DNA of 32,000 nucleotides from Candidatus Saccharimonadota bacterium (GTDB lineage Bacteria; Patescibacteriota; Gracilibacteria; Absconditabacterales; Absconditicoccaceae): NCBI GenBank assembly GCA_965231145.1, contig OZ246420.1, positions 540,001 to 572,000 of the forward strand, read 5' to 3'. Shown piece by piece: positions 8,667 to 19,157 of this stretch (position 1 is its first letter; each line of letters starts with the position of its first letter). The notes under the pieces were generated by a model. It saw only the letters and a program-made list of their open reading frames with translations, ran no database searches and was not told where the DNA came from. The position numbers and the translations under genes were made by a program.

Positions 8667-11600
8667 TTATTCTACTTCTCCACATATTCCTTTTTTCAAT
8701 AGTTCTTTTACTAATACTCTTCCTTGTTCAGCAGATATTATATCTTTTCTATTTATCTCATTAATTTTCTTGATTGCTTTATAGAGAACTTGCATCTTCT
8801 GCCAAAGTTGCTTATTTGTGTAATTATATATTTCTGCTTTTAGACCATTTTTACCTGGTTCTCCTCTACCAATAGGATGCGCTTCACTAATAGCATCACG
8901 AAGAATTTGCTCATCATAATATGAGAGTAAAAGTCCTTGTGCCTTTACTATTTCCATACCCTTATCCCCTCTTTTCACATCAGGCAATTGTGCATTCTCC
9001 TTTACTGCCTGCTTATCAAGTCACTGTAACTGTAATTTCACAATATCCTGGATCTGATAAAGTAATGTCTTTCCATGGGTTGCTATCTTACGAGTTTTTG
9101 TCAGCAGCTCAATAAACTGACCTATACTTCCTCCTGTTTCTCATATAAGCACTCCAACATCTCCATAGACATCTGTATATTCATCGCTTAGAGAATATTT
9201 TTCAAATTTTGTAAATATTTTCATAAAGGATTCTATTTTTGCTTGTGCCTGTTGAGGTGTCATATTTTTATCTACATTTTTGAGAAACCTAGCAATCTTA
9301 TTTCCAAGGAATTGTACTACTAAATCAGCCGGCATCACAGTTCCGCACACATAGTTCTCGAGAAGCGCATTAGCTTCTTTTTGGGTAAACATACCATCTT
9401 TCATTAGTTCTTGTCTTTTGGCAACTAACTGTTTATTGGTAAAGTTAGTTTCTATCGTTCCATTTTCATTTACATACAGACCTGGAGGCAATATGCCGTC
9501 TCTTCCTATTTCTCTCTCAAAATTCATATCGTGCACTTTTTGAATACGCTCCATTTCTGCTGAACTCTTCATTTTTCTTCAAATAATGGTTTCTATTTTT
9601 TCCTGAGAAAAATTATTTACTGAGCGAATTTCTACATGTGCAACAGGGAGTGTACTTTTCATCTCTGTAAATAATGTTTTACTATCTACGTACTTCTTTG
9701 GGAACACAGGGTATCTTTCAAATGAATAATAATATTGCTGACCATCTTTTGTGAAGAACTTATTTGTGGATGAACCATCGAGAGCCACTCCTTCAATATC
9801 TATAAATTGAAATCCCTTTTCTGCGCTATAAATAAAATTACTTCTCTTCGTCAGATCTGTTTGTATTCATCTTTCTGATAGCGTTCTCATAGTCTTTTCA
9901 AATGCTTGAAAGTGTGCTGCTGGGATAGCATCTATTTGTTCTGGTGTTAGTTTATCGCATGACACGCCTTCTGCAATATTCATAACAACAACCTGCTCCC
10001 CACCGGCTAAATTAAATACTTCTTTAGGAACAAATACATGTGGTAAGTCTTTAGTAGCTTCCTGCAAACGAGCTACTTGCTCAATAGGCATAGCTCTTTT
10101 TGCCTTTACTACTTTTACAAATGCATCACTAAATTTATAGAGTCATATGTTTCTACCACCATCTGCCGCGATCTTTATGAATGATTTATAGTGATCTATA
10201 AAATACTTTTTATTAAATAACTGATTCTCTGTTTCTATCGGTGAGCGATGAATAGCACTTTCTACTCAATTATTTTTAAATTTATATCATCCATCTGCTA
10301 GTTTCTCTGCTTTTCATTCTCTTACTAGCTTGTCCCATAAATGCTGAGCTGGTCTTTCTTTTATCTCGGTAAGTCTTCCTTCAGCAATCAATTGCTGTAT
10401 TTGCTCTTCTGTATATGTCAATTTTTTCATATCATTTTCAGTCAATTCTTTGCCATCAAGAAAAACTCTGCTATAGCTATCTAGAAAATGAGTATCTGAA
10501 TATAAATTTCCTACTCACATATCATTACCTGCTTTATTCAGTTCTTTGTAGAGATTTTCTGCTATTCACTGTCTAGTATAATCATTTTTTATTCCGATTC
10601 TCTGGATCTGGAATTTCTCATTATATAATTTAAATACCAACGTTCCTACCTCATTACCATTTTTTATAATACTTGTAATAATAATCTGTCCCTCTTTTGT
10701 TTGCGGCGCATCGTTAAATTGCAGCTTCAATGTAGGCAGATTACTATTGAGATTATCTATAAATAACTGAGGATTTTCCTGCGCTTTTTGTAAAGCTTCT
10801 TTTACTTCTCAAGGAGTATTCTCTTTTTTCATACCATGAGAATCTATGTTTTGTTCTTCTCTCGTATATGATGACGAAATATCATTATTATTGACTCAAC
10901 TAAGATTATTCTTCTTTCAAAGAGATGATACCACCCCCTCATCGATAACATTTCAGCTTTCTTTATCCGTAATGAGATATTTCACCTGCTGTTTTTCTCC
11001 TGAATCCTCTATAGACAATATCTTAATTGTATAATTGCCCTGACTACTCTTTTCAATTCACTTTGCTATAGTTTTACTCTCTATTTTCTTACTCAAAGCA
11101 TTGAGCTGTCCCGTTCCCATATGAGCAATTCTTAAACCGACAACCATGGCAAGGGTTTGCATGAGATCTTCCGGAGCTAATTTCACGTTTTCTCCAAAAG
11201 CAATGTTTACTGCGACATCTGCTCACTGCATACCAACAAATTCTGCTGGCAATGTGATAATGTTTGCAAGCAGCTTATCCTGTAGTGCAGGCGTATTCAA
11301 ATTTTCTAATTTCTTTCACGCTATTTTCTGAGTCATGCTATTGGTAATACCACCGAAATACTTCATAACCCCCATGAAGACTACACTTCTCAGATAGTCT
11401 TCTGACGAAGACTTTTCATTACCCGCTTCGCTATAATGTCCAAATGGATTAAGCTTTTGCAGAAGTTGATCTGACTCTCCTGCTCTTGCTGCATTAAGCG
11501 TCGTATGTGTTGCGTGGAAAGTAGCTCATTCTACGGTAAGATCTGCTATGGTCAATGCACGGCTTGTTTTCCACGATGCTACCAAGCCTTTCGAGGCTAC

Positions 11601-13562
11601 TTGGCTATATTTACCGACCTTTACTACAACGTTAGCGGCATTGATAAGTTCGGCACCTTTCTGTACTGCAGCGAGTGCCGATTTAGCAGCGATGTTTGCT
11701 ATTCCTCCGGATACTGCAATAAGAGCGATGTTAATAACCAGTTCTTTGGAAACATTTACGGCAACGTTCGTCTTTTTATCAGACCAATAATCGCCAATAC
11801 CTTTAATATCAGCCATAAGGCGAATCGCTTGTTCATCGCTTGTTAAAGGCTGCTTAGTTTCTTTTAAGCTATTGACCATTGTTGGATATGCTTGGAGCAA
11901 CATACTTCCAATTGCCTTTGGCAAAGTTTCCGCAAGATAGATGCTTTGATAATTTCTCACTTGGCTTTCTGCAATTTGTTCAATGGAAATAGTTGTTTGA
12001 TTGCCATTAACTCCTTCCATTGAAATACTCTTTCATGCAAGAAGATCTGTATAAAGAACATTCTGATCCTCAAAATATTTGATGTATGCTTTTGCTGTTG
12101 GTGAGCCCTCATCAATTCACTTCTGCTTCAAAAGTTTTTTTGCCTCTACCATATTTTTTTCTATGTTCTTCTGTTCTCTCGTATATCAAGAGATCAATGT
12201 CTCTTTTGTTTTTTGCTTTTCTGTAGCAGCAGCAAGTTGCATTTTTTCAAATATTTTTATGAGGGTTTTGGTCATCTCTTTACGAACTTTTACGACTTCT
12301 TGCGAGTTACCAACAGGGATGTTCATCTCTCCTAAATATGTCTCAAGCGCTTGTGATCTTTGGGTCTTCGGTATATTTTCTGCACTGAGAGGATTATCAA
12401 AAGTTTTACTTCCTCCATGTCCATCACCCGATGGTGTATATGTATAATTTTTGAGAAACTCTCTTGAATCAACGGGTTGAATCTCGGGAAATAATGCTAA
12501 GAGTTTTTGCATATCACCTGAAAAATCTCATTTGGCATCTAGTGAAATCATTGACTCTATTTTTTGCATAGTGCCGTTAAATTCCTTCGCCCCAACGCCA
12601 CCAAATACGTCTTCTCTTACTCTCAGGTGCAAAATATTATCAGTCAGCACTTCTGAGATTCACTCTCATGACTCATAAGTGAAACCTGCAAACCATGAAC
12701 TCAGCGTAGCATCATGCTTATCCAGGTTTCTTATAGACGTGACTATAGCCATGGTTGTTTCCTTAGCCTTTACTGGCGATAGCCATTGGCTATTATCTGT
12801 CATCAAAGAAACAATTGAATCCCTCGTTCCATTTTTATCAAATAGTGCTCACGAAAATATACCTCCAATGGCCACATAGAGCTCTGAAGAGCTCGTCTTT
12901 TCAATCCCACCTGGTTGATTACATTTGCTAATAAATTCTTGCAATGTTTTTGATGCTGCTTCTGTATCTTCTCCATGCGACTCTTGATAATGAAGGTACG
13001 CTGATGCTAGCTTTATAATCGTCTCGTATTGAGTACGTTTTTGTTCTGGAGGCAAGAGCATATTTGTCGTCTCCATACGCTTATTCAATGCGCCTGTCAC
13101 TGCTGTTGAAGCTTTTGTTACACGAGGAGTTTCACGTTTCACTATAGCAGGATATGCATTATATCTAGGGTTAATAATACTAATGATGTTCTGGACTCAA
13201 AGAGAAAGCGTACCATCAGTACCTTCCAGAAGTGGTAGTATCATAGTAACATTAGCCAAGTGTATGTACCCCAGTTTATATGATAACTTGAAAAGCTTAA
13301 TATCTTGTTCACTCAGCATAGTATTATTCTGTATTTTTTTCATGAGCTCTTCTGCTGTGTCGAGCAATGTCTGATCACATGTATTTTTCAATTGATCAGA
13401 TCGTTCTCTCTTCTGCAGTTCCTGCTTTACGAGCTCGGTATGTGCTATTTTTCACGTTTTTTTATCGAAAAATCATTCATCTAGAGCTTTTTTAAGTTCC
13501 TGAAAATCTATATTTTTATTGGTATCTCTATCTATCTGTTCAAGTAGCTTTGTTTCAGGCAT
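8667..13562 (-). CDS. Giant multidomain orphan protein (1,631 codons) with GNAT-like and protein-kinase-like motif sets
   Basis: All eight minus-strand ORF fragments between 8667 and 13391 have upper coordinates congruent to 2 mod 3. My hand translation of every gap, including 10092-11525, found only TGA and no TAA/TAG. The ORF starts at ATG 13560-13562 and stops at TAA 8667-8669. Motifs are detailed in the findings. Confidence 0.75.
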
Positions 13563-13563
13563 A

Positions 13564-13854
13564 TTATTTATTATTCCAGTCTGCTAAAATATCTTCTGCT
13601 GCTTGTTTATCTTCAACTTGTTGACTCTTTTCTTTTGCTTGAATCATCCCCAAAGTATGAAGAGATTCCTCAAATTCTTTTTTGATCAGTTGAGACTTTG
13701 TCGTTCTTATGACTTCTGCAAAGATATGGCAAAGTTGCTCAATAAGCTTCTTATCTGCCTTTGCATTTTCAACCATGGCAATATAGCCTTCCGCAAGGTC
13801 CCGGTATGGCGATAGTTTCTGTAATATAGAGATAATTGCTTCTTGTGTACTCAT
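13564..13854 (-). CDS. Hypothetical small protein (96 aa) abutting the giant ORF
   Basis: Intact ORF. Its TAA (13564-13566) is separated by one nucleotide from the giant ORF's ATG (13560-13562), an arrangement compatible with translational coupling. Confidence 0.55.
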   Translation of the reverse strand: MSTQEAIISILQKLSPYRDLAEGYIAMVENAKADKKLIEQLCHIFAEVIRTTKSQLIKKEFEESLHTLGMIQAKEKSQQVEDKQAAEDILADWNNK

Positions 13855-14093
13855 CTATTCATCATCAAGCCATATAAAAGCCTTACTCCTCATTATATTG
13901 CCCAAAGGTAGTAAAGAGAAAACTACACTCTATATAAGTCTCTTATGGGCTAAATCATATGGACATGTAAAAGATGTATGTTTAATAATTGACATATTTC
14001 TCTAAATAATCAATATCAGCGTGCTTTAGAGTCTCATTGCAACCAATAGCTATTTTTTTATAACCATAAAAGTATTTATCTCTTATCTTATGT

Positions 14094-16313
14094 ATGCATC
14101 TTTTCAAACGTATCCTCTTATCACTTTTTCCCGATGAGATCGTCAACCAGACGATTAATCCGGCAAGTATGTTTGTGTCATTTATCAATGCTAAGCAATT
14201 TTTTTCTGTGGTGAACAGAAAAATAGTAGAGAACTATAAGCTCAACCTCTTTGACGTATCACTTGATCCTTTTGAGGTAAAGATAGGTTTCGGTGAGACG
14301 CCGTCGATCAAGGTAAAAGATGTCGATTTTTATTATGGCTATGCATCGACTGCCAATTTCAATGGCTATAGATTTTTTTCACCATCAAATATTGCGACAA
14401 GTATCTCACTGATCTCCGCAATCTATACGAAGGATGTATTTACAGATAAGGCTCAACCGCTCTTTCTCTATTTTCTCTTTACTATTTATCTGCTTACTTT
14501 TCTCTTTCAGGCAAGGCTCAAAGTATTTCCCTATCCAGATGACGACAAGGCAAATTATTCATGGTTCATTGATCTGTTTTTCAGTTTCTATAGGGTCGTT
14601 CTGGATCAGGCTGGCATAGAGATCAGCAAGCTTGAAATGAATGCGCTAAAACAAAAACTTATGCACCATCTCCAAGTATTTTTTATGCTTTTTCATATCT
14701 ATAAGAGCGTCAATACCTGCATCCAACCATACGGGGTATCAGAAAAAGAGTTCTATGGCTGGCTTTTTTATGATGAACTAAAGAAAGGTGATTTTCAGCC
14801 TATTGTACAGGATTTTGTCGACAATGCTGGATACTATACTCGCAGCTCTGATTTTGGTACAACGGAAAGGAAAATCATGCATCTCGTCTTGCCAGCAGAT
14901 ATTCTTCTCAGATATCTTTTAGAGACAGATGATATTTTTTTGGTCACAGAGATCTTTGCAACAAGTCTTTATGACAAAGAAAAGGTAGATGAGTATTTGA
15001 CATCTTTTCTCACCTCTTCATGAAAGCTTGGAGATTTTCTTATGTATATTACCGACTATACGCACTTTAAGAAAAACTATTTTTCGGCGCTGAAAAAGTA
15101 TATCATGCGTACGGTAAAAAATGATCCGCAAGATGCAAAAGAGTACGAACATGACATTGACGAATTATTATCAACCATCGGTAGTGATGCACAGAATATC
15201 GACAATATTCAGATGCCTCAGCGCTTGAAAAAAGAAGCAGAGATCATGGAAAAGATGATGAACTTCTATGTCACGTTTATCGGAGGATTTTGGATAGCGA
15301 GAGGAGATACTTTTTATCTCAGACTCTGCAAGAAAGAGCTTATGCAGCTTGTGTCGGAGCCACTTCCATCGGGCATAAAACAAGATGCTCTCTACTACTA
15401 TGGATGACTCCTCTATCACTATAGTAAAAATGTGTTCTACTACAAATATGCCTTTGAAAATATTCGTGCGGGCAAAGACAAATTTCACCTCCCGTTTCGT
15501 GCAACGTTTCGCGAAGTCTACTCTAACATGTTTATCATCAAGCTTTTTGATACGCACGCGCTCGCGACACTATTGCAAGATCTCAATACCAGAGATACCA
15601 AGATTTACGTCAAAAACAAACATATTATCAAGCTCTTCAAAGAGTACTTCTGATCTCACATCTCTACCCTCCTTCATACAAAATGAACCAATACTCTACA
15701 GCAGTTTTACGAACCTCTTAGCATATGCGTACCTGACATACCAGGTTTTCTCGAGAAAATTGTTGCTAGTATTACTCCTGCAGAAAAAGAGTCTCTCACG
15801 GAAAGTCTCTATACGGTTGATACGTGGCTCTTTCAGGAAGTACTCAGACAACTTGGAGAATATAATATCAATCGGCATAGTAAATACAGTGACTATAGCA
15901 TCCTTGGCATCCTTGCCTCGCTAAAAGACACATTGCTCGGATGTATTCTCTATTATACGTACCTTTTACAGCAATCCGAGAAAACAGGCAAATCATACAT
16001 CGCTGAGGATCTTTTTCTCAAAATCTATATCATCGATGTGCTCAACATCACAGAAGAATATTATCCTTTTTTCAGTTCACTTATCATACATCTCGTTGAT
16101 AAACGGCGCCCGCTCCGGGCGCTCCGGATATGATTGGATGATAATAAAGATTATTTCCAGATAGGTTATGAGAACCGGAAACATTTCATCCTTCATAAGA
16201 CATCTGAAGATATTATTACGGGAGTTGTCGGGGAAGATATTATATGGCTGAGAGGATACCTAAAGAATATAAGATACTATAACATCAGATTTGTCATACC
16301 TCATAATTCTTAA
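14094..16313 (+). CDS. Hypothetical protein (739 aa), rejoined across 5 TGA codons
   Basis: ORFs 14094-15023, 15042-15407, 15432-15653 and 15933-16133 all share one frame (offsets 948, 1338 and 1839 nt). Only TGA interrupts the frame, which ends at TAA 16311-16313. No family recognised. Confidence 0.65.
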
Positions 16314-16320
16314 ATAATAA

Positions 16321-16387
16321 AAAGACATAGTAACAGACATAGATATAGGTCATTCTCCTATGTCTATATCTATCCCCTATGTCTTTT
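16321..16387. repeat. GACATAGATATAG-type imperfect palindrome between convergent genes (probable bidirectional terminator)
   Basis: aaagacatag (16321-16330) is perfectly complementary to ctatgtcttt (16378-16387). The inner arms acagacatagatatagg / cctatgtctatatctat pair at 14 of 17 positions. Confidence 0.55.
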
Positions 16388-16410
16388 CTTATAATATGAT
16401 AATAATGTAA

Positions 16411-16971
16411 TTATTTGATGTTCTTCAGTGTTATAGTAAAGATAAGCACTTTTCCTGCGAGAGGAGAGTTGTAATCCATGATAACAGTATCACCAGAAAT
16501 AGATTTTACTGTCGCTGGGATACCCTGTGCTGTTTGATAGGTAGCTCCTACTTCAGGAGTAATACCTGCCTGAGCAAATTGCGCTCCTGATACAGCGACG
16601 ATAAGATCCTCTCTTACTTCTCCGTATGCTTCATTTGGCTGAAGACTTACTGTTTTTTCTTCTCCTACTTTCATACCCATAACTGCAGCTTCAAATCCTG
16701 GGATCATCTGTCCAGATCCAACGGTAAACTCAAGTGGAGCATATGCTCTCTGAGGTGAATATAATGCATTATCCTTAGCAACTTGTTCAAGACTTGTGTC
16801 AAATATTTTACCATCCTCTGTTTTTCCTATGTAATCCACTCCTACTGTATTTCCCATTTCTACGCTCTTTCCAAACATACCGTTACCTCCTTTACCAAAT
16901 AAAAACCATGCAGCTACTCCAAGTACAATAATAACGAGTAAACCGATAATCATTCATTTTTTATTATTCAT
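16411..16971 (-). CDS. FKBP-type peptidyl-prolyl cis-trans isomerase with an N-terminal membrane anchor
   Basis: Motifs VGVDYIGKTEDGKIFDTS, PLEFTVGSGQMIPGFEAAVMGMKVGEEKTV and YGE. N-terminal helix IIGLLVIIVLGVAAWFLF. The start is ATG 16953 or, through one TGA, ATG 16971. Confidence 0.8.
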
Positions 16972-17036
16972 GTGAAAAAGAAAAAAGTAAAATAGTGGTA
17001 TAAGTCTTATCCATAAGACCCCATGTTTGCAAGAGC

Positions 17037-17522
17037 TTATGGGATAGTGTTGATTTTAGCCTGAAAAAAGGCTTTTCGTGCTGCTTTCGGGGTAAGTGAC
17101 ATATCCGCAGAAGTGGATTTTTGAGCACCCGTCTCAGTTTGTCCAGTGGTAGCTCACTGAGTCTCAGACAGAGGATCAACATATTCAAAGAGGACAAATT
17201 GTTCACCAGGCAGTAATATACCTTGCTGATGCGCAGTGAGTTTCTCTGCGTATGGTGAGCGGTAATAAGCATTTTGGATCTCAAGATATTGCATATCTCT
17301 CTGCCTTTGAACGATCTTTGCTTTTACATCAGTAATATTTTGCTGGATGTTCGCATAGTTTAGATAGACCTTCACAGCGGTAATCATGGTAAAAAGCATC
17401 AGAAAAAACATACCATACTTAATATGGCTCGTCTTTGGTCTTCGCTTTCTTCCAGGAGTTTGGGGCAATGTCGCTGCCGACAAGCGCTGCTCCGTCACCA
17501 ATAAACTCATAACTCTTACCAT
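17037..17522 (-). CDS. FtsB/DivIC-like septum formation initiator, extended across one TGA
   Basis: A single TM helix (GMFFLMLFTMITAVKVYL) is followed by a coiled coil and YYRSPYAEKLTAHQQGILLPGEQFV, which resembles the family motif. The frame continues past TGA 17154-17156 to TAA 17037-17039. Confidence 0.65.
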
Positions 17523-17624
17523 ACGTATCTATCAACTAAAAACAACTTATTTTAAATTCTACATTTTGAATTCTACATATAATATGGTGTTACTATTTGA
17601 TATTATAACAAGGTTGACTTGTAA

Positions 17625-18030
17625 TATGATGAGATATTCTCACCCGCCGATTTTACTTGCGTCTCCTCTAGTCGGTATAGGAATGTTTTTCTGTCGTAAA
17701 AGCATCGACCGGGACCCATGTAATGGGGGGAGATGCTTTTCGTAGTCAATATGTAAATAACTCACAGGCTCGTAGTGCTAAAATCGGCTAGACCTTTTTG
17801 GTTACTTTTTGGAGATATGCCAAAAAGTGACGCCTCCCGCAGGGATAAATACTTTGTAAGAGCTACAAAAGCTCTTGCATTTATATCTCAATGCTATATG
17901 ATGAATATGTTCCCTGCGAGGGAACGATTTTTGTACTATGATACATGTCGTGCTGAACTTAATTCAGTACCCAGCATAGACTCCGGATCACGTCCGGAGT
18001 GACTGAAGTATGTCCTTTTAGCTTATAAAC
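17625..18030 (-). ncRNA. rnpB: Structured non-coding RNA, probably RNase P RNA
   Basis: A ~500-nt gap with no credible CDS. The minus-strand transcript contains two adjacent hairpins (CUCCGGA-cguga-UCCGGAG and ACUGAA-uuaa-GUUCAG) followed by CACGAC. It also has a hairpin CUUUUUGG..CCAAAAAG followed by UAACC, and ACGACAGAAA near the 3' end. Each resembles a conserved stretch of bacterial RNase P RNA as I recall the E. coli M1 sequence. Boundaries are approximate. Confidence 0.45.
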
Positions 18031-18039
18031 ATACATTTA

Positions 18040-19074
18040 ATGCAATTAGATGGTAAAACCATTCAGGCCTCGATCATGCAGCTGATCGAAGATTACAAGT
18101 TTGATCCGTACCAGGTTATGGAAATTGTAAAGCTTGGTCTCAAATCTGCCTTTAAGAAAGATTACCTCCCAAATGACAAAAAGTCTCAGGTACAGGTAAC
18201 GATCGATAAGGAAGGTAATATCCGTGTCTTCAGAGAATATGAAGTAGTTGCCGAGCTCGAAGATGACAGCTACCAGATGCTTCTTGCTGATGCAAAAAAG
18301 CACAGAAAAGACATCAAGGAAGGAGAATTGGTACTTATGGACATCACACCAGAGAAACTTGAATTTTCACGTATCGCTGTGCAGGCTGCTGCCCAGACGA
18401 TCAAGCAATCTCTCAAAGGTATCGAAAGAGAAAGATTTTATGAGAAATTTCAAAATAAAGAAGGTGAGCTCCTGAGAGCAAAAGTGCTCAGAGTAAATGG
18501 AGACAGTATCGTTCTCGATATCGAAGGAACAACAGTAGTTCTCTGACCAGAGGGACAAATCCCAGGAAGACTCTATCATCCAGGTGAAGAGATTTTTGTC
18601 TTACTGAGACAGATTTCCAAAGGAACTGGAGGTATCGTCCTCGATATTACACAGTCAAGCAATGACTTTATCGAAGCGATTCTCAGAAAGATCGTACCAG
18701 AACTCGATGAAGGAAAAGTAGAGATCAAGAAGATTGCAAGAGTTCCAGGTAAGAGAACAAAAATGATCGTTGCATCACTCGATGAAAAGATTGATCCGGT
18801 TGGAGTATTTGTTGGACAACGTGCAGAAAGAATCAATACGATCCTCACTCTTCTCGATGGAGAAAAAATCGACTTTATTGAACAGGTAGAAGGAGACGAT
18901 ATTAAACTTATCGCAGACTGTCTTAAGCCAGCTCGCATCGACTCTATCGAACTCAAAGGCAAGAAAGCTATCGTTATGCTTCCTGAAGATCAAAAGCCAC
19001 TCGCTATCGGTAAAGCTGCTTCTAACATCAAGCTTGCTGGACAATTGACTGGATACCTTATTGAGCTTAAATAA
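18040..19074 (+). CDS. nusA: Transcription termination/antitermination factor NusA, rejoined across one TGA
   Basis: ORFs 18040-18546 and 18763-19074 share a frame (offset 723 nt). The S1 and KH regions read VLRVNGDSIVLDIEGTTVVL[TGA]PEGQIPG..ILRKIVPELDEGKVEIKKIARVPGKRTKMIVASLDEKIDPVGVFVGQRAERI..LAIGKAASNIKLAGQLTG. Confidence 0.9.
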
Positions 19075-19080
19075 CTTACT

Positions 19081-19144
19081 AACTTAAAACTAAAAACCAA
19101 AACCTTAAAACAGTTTTGAGTTTTCAGTTTTGAGTTTTTAGTTC
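19081..19144 (+). terminator. Long AAAAC/GTTTT-rich imperfect hairpin after nusA (probable terminator); member of a repeat family
   Basis: Sequence aacttaaaactaaaaaccaaaaccttaaaac|agttttgagttttcagttttgagtttttagtt, starting 7 nt after the nusA stop. Confidence 0.5.
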
Positions 19145-19157
19145 CACATATTCAACT

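Noticed and set aside
11146-12879. Plus-strand ORFs opposite the giant gene (11146-11331, 11505-11846, 11548-11790, 12079-12447, 12679-12879 and others).
   Set aside because: They are shadow ORFs of the continuous minus-strand frame. They have Cys/Ser/Phe-rich nonsense composition and no start or regulatory context.
13982-14188. ORF 13982-14188 (minus strand, 68 aa).
   Set aside because: It overlaps the 5' end and promoter region of the 14094 gene on the opposite strand, and nothing supports it.
17386-18002. ORFs 17386-17745 and 17775-18002 as protein-coding genes.
   Set aside because: No motif or start context, and odd composition. The region shows stacked hairpins and RNase P-like boxes on the opposite strand, so a structured RNA is the better explanation.
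17720-18010. tmRNA (ssrA) on the plus strand, prompted by GGGGGGAGAUGCUUUUCG and the hairpin CUCCGGAUCACGUCCGGAG.
   Set aside because: There is no tRNA-like 3' end: no T-loop GUUCGAAUC-type 7-nt loop and no ACCA context. No plausible tag reading frame ending in alanines plus a stop is present either. The hairpin has a 7-bp stem and 5-nt loop, which is not a T-arm.
18576-19044. Minus-strand ORFs 18576-18962 and 18775-19044, and plus-strand ORFs 30465-30896 and 31270-31644.
   Set aside because: They are antisense to the strongly supported nusA, rplA and rplK genes and have Ser/Ile-rich low-complexity translations.
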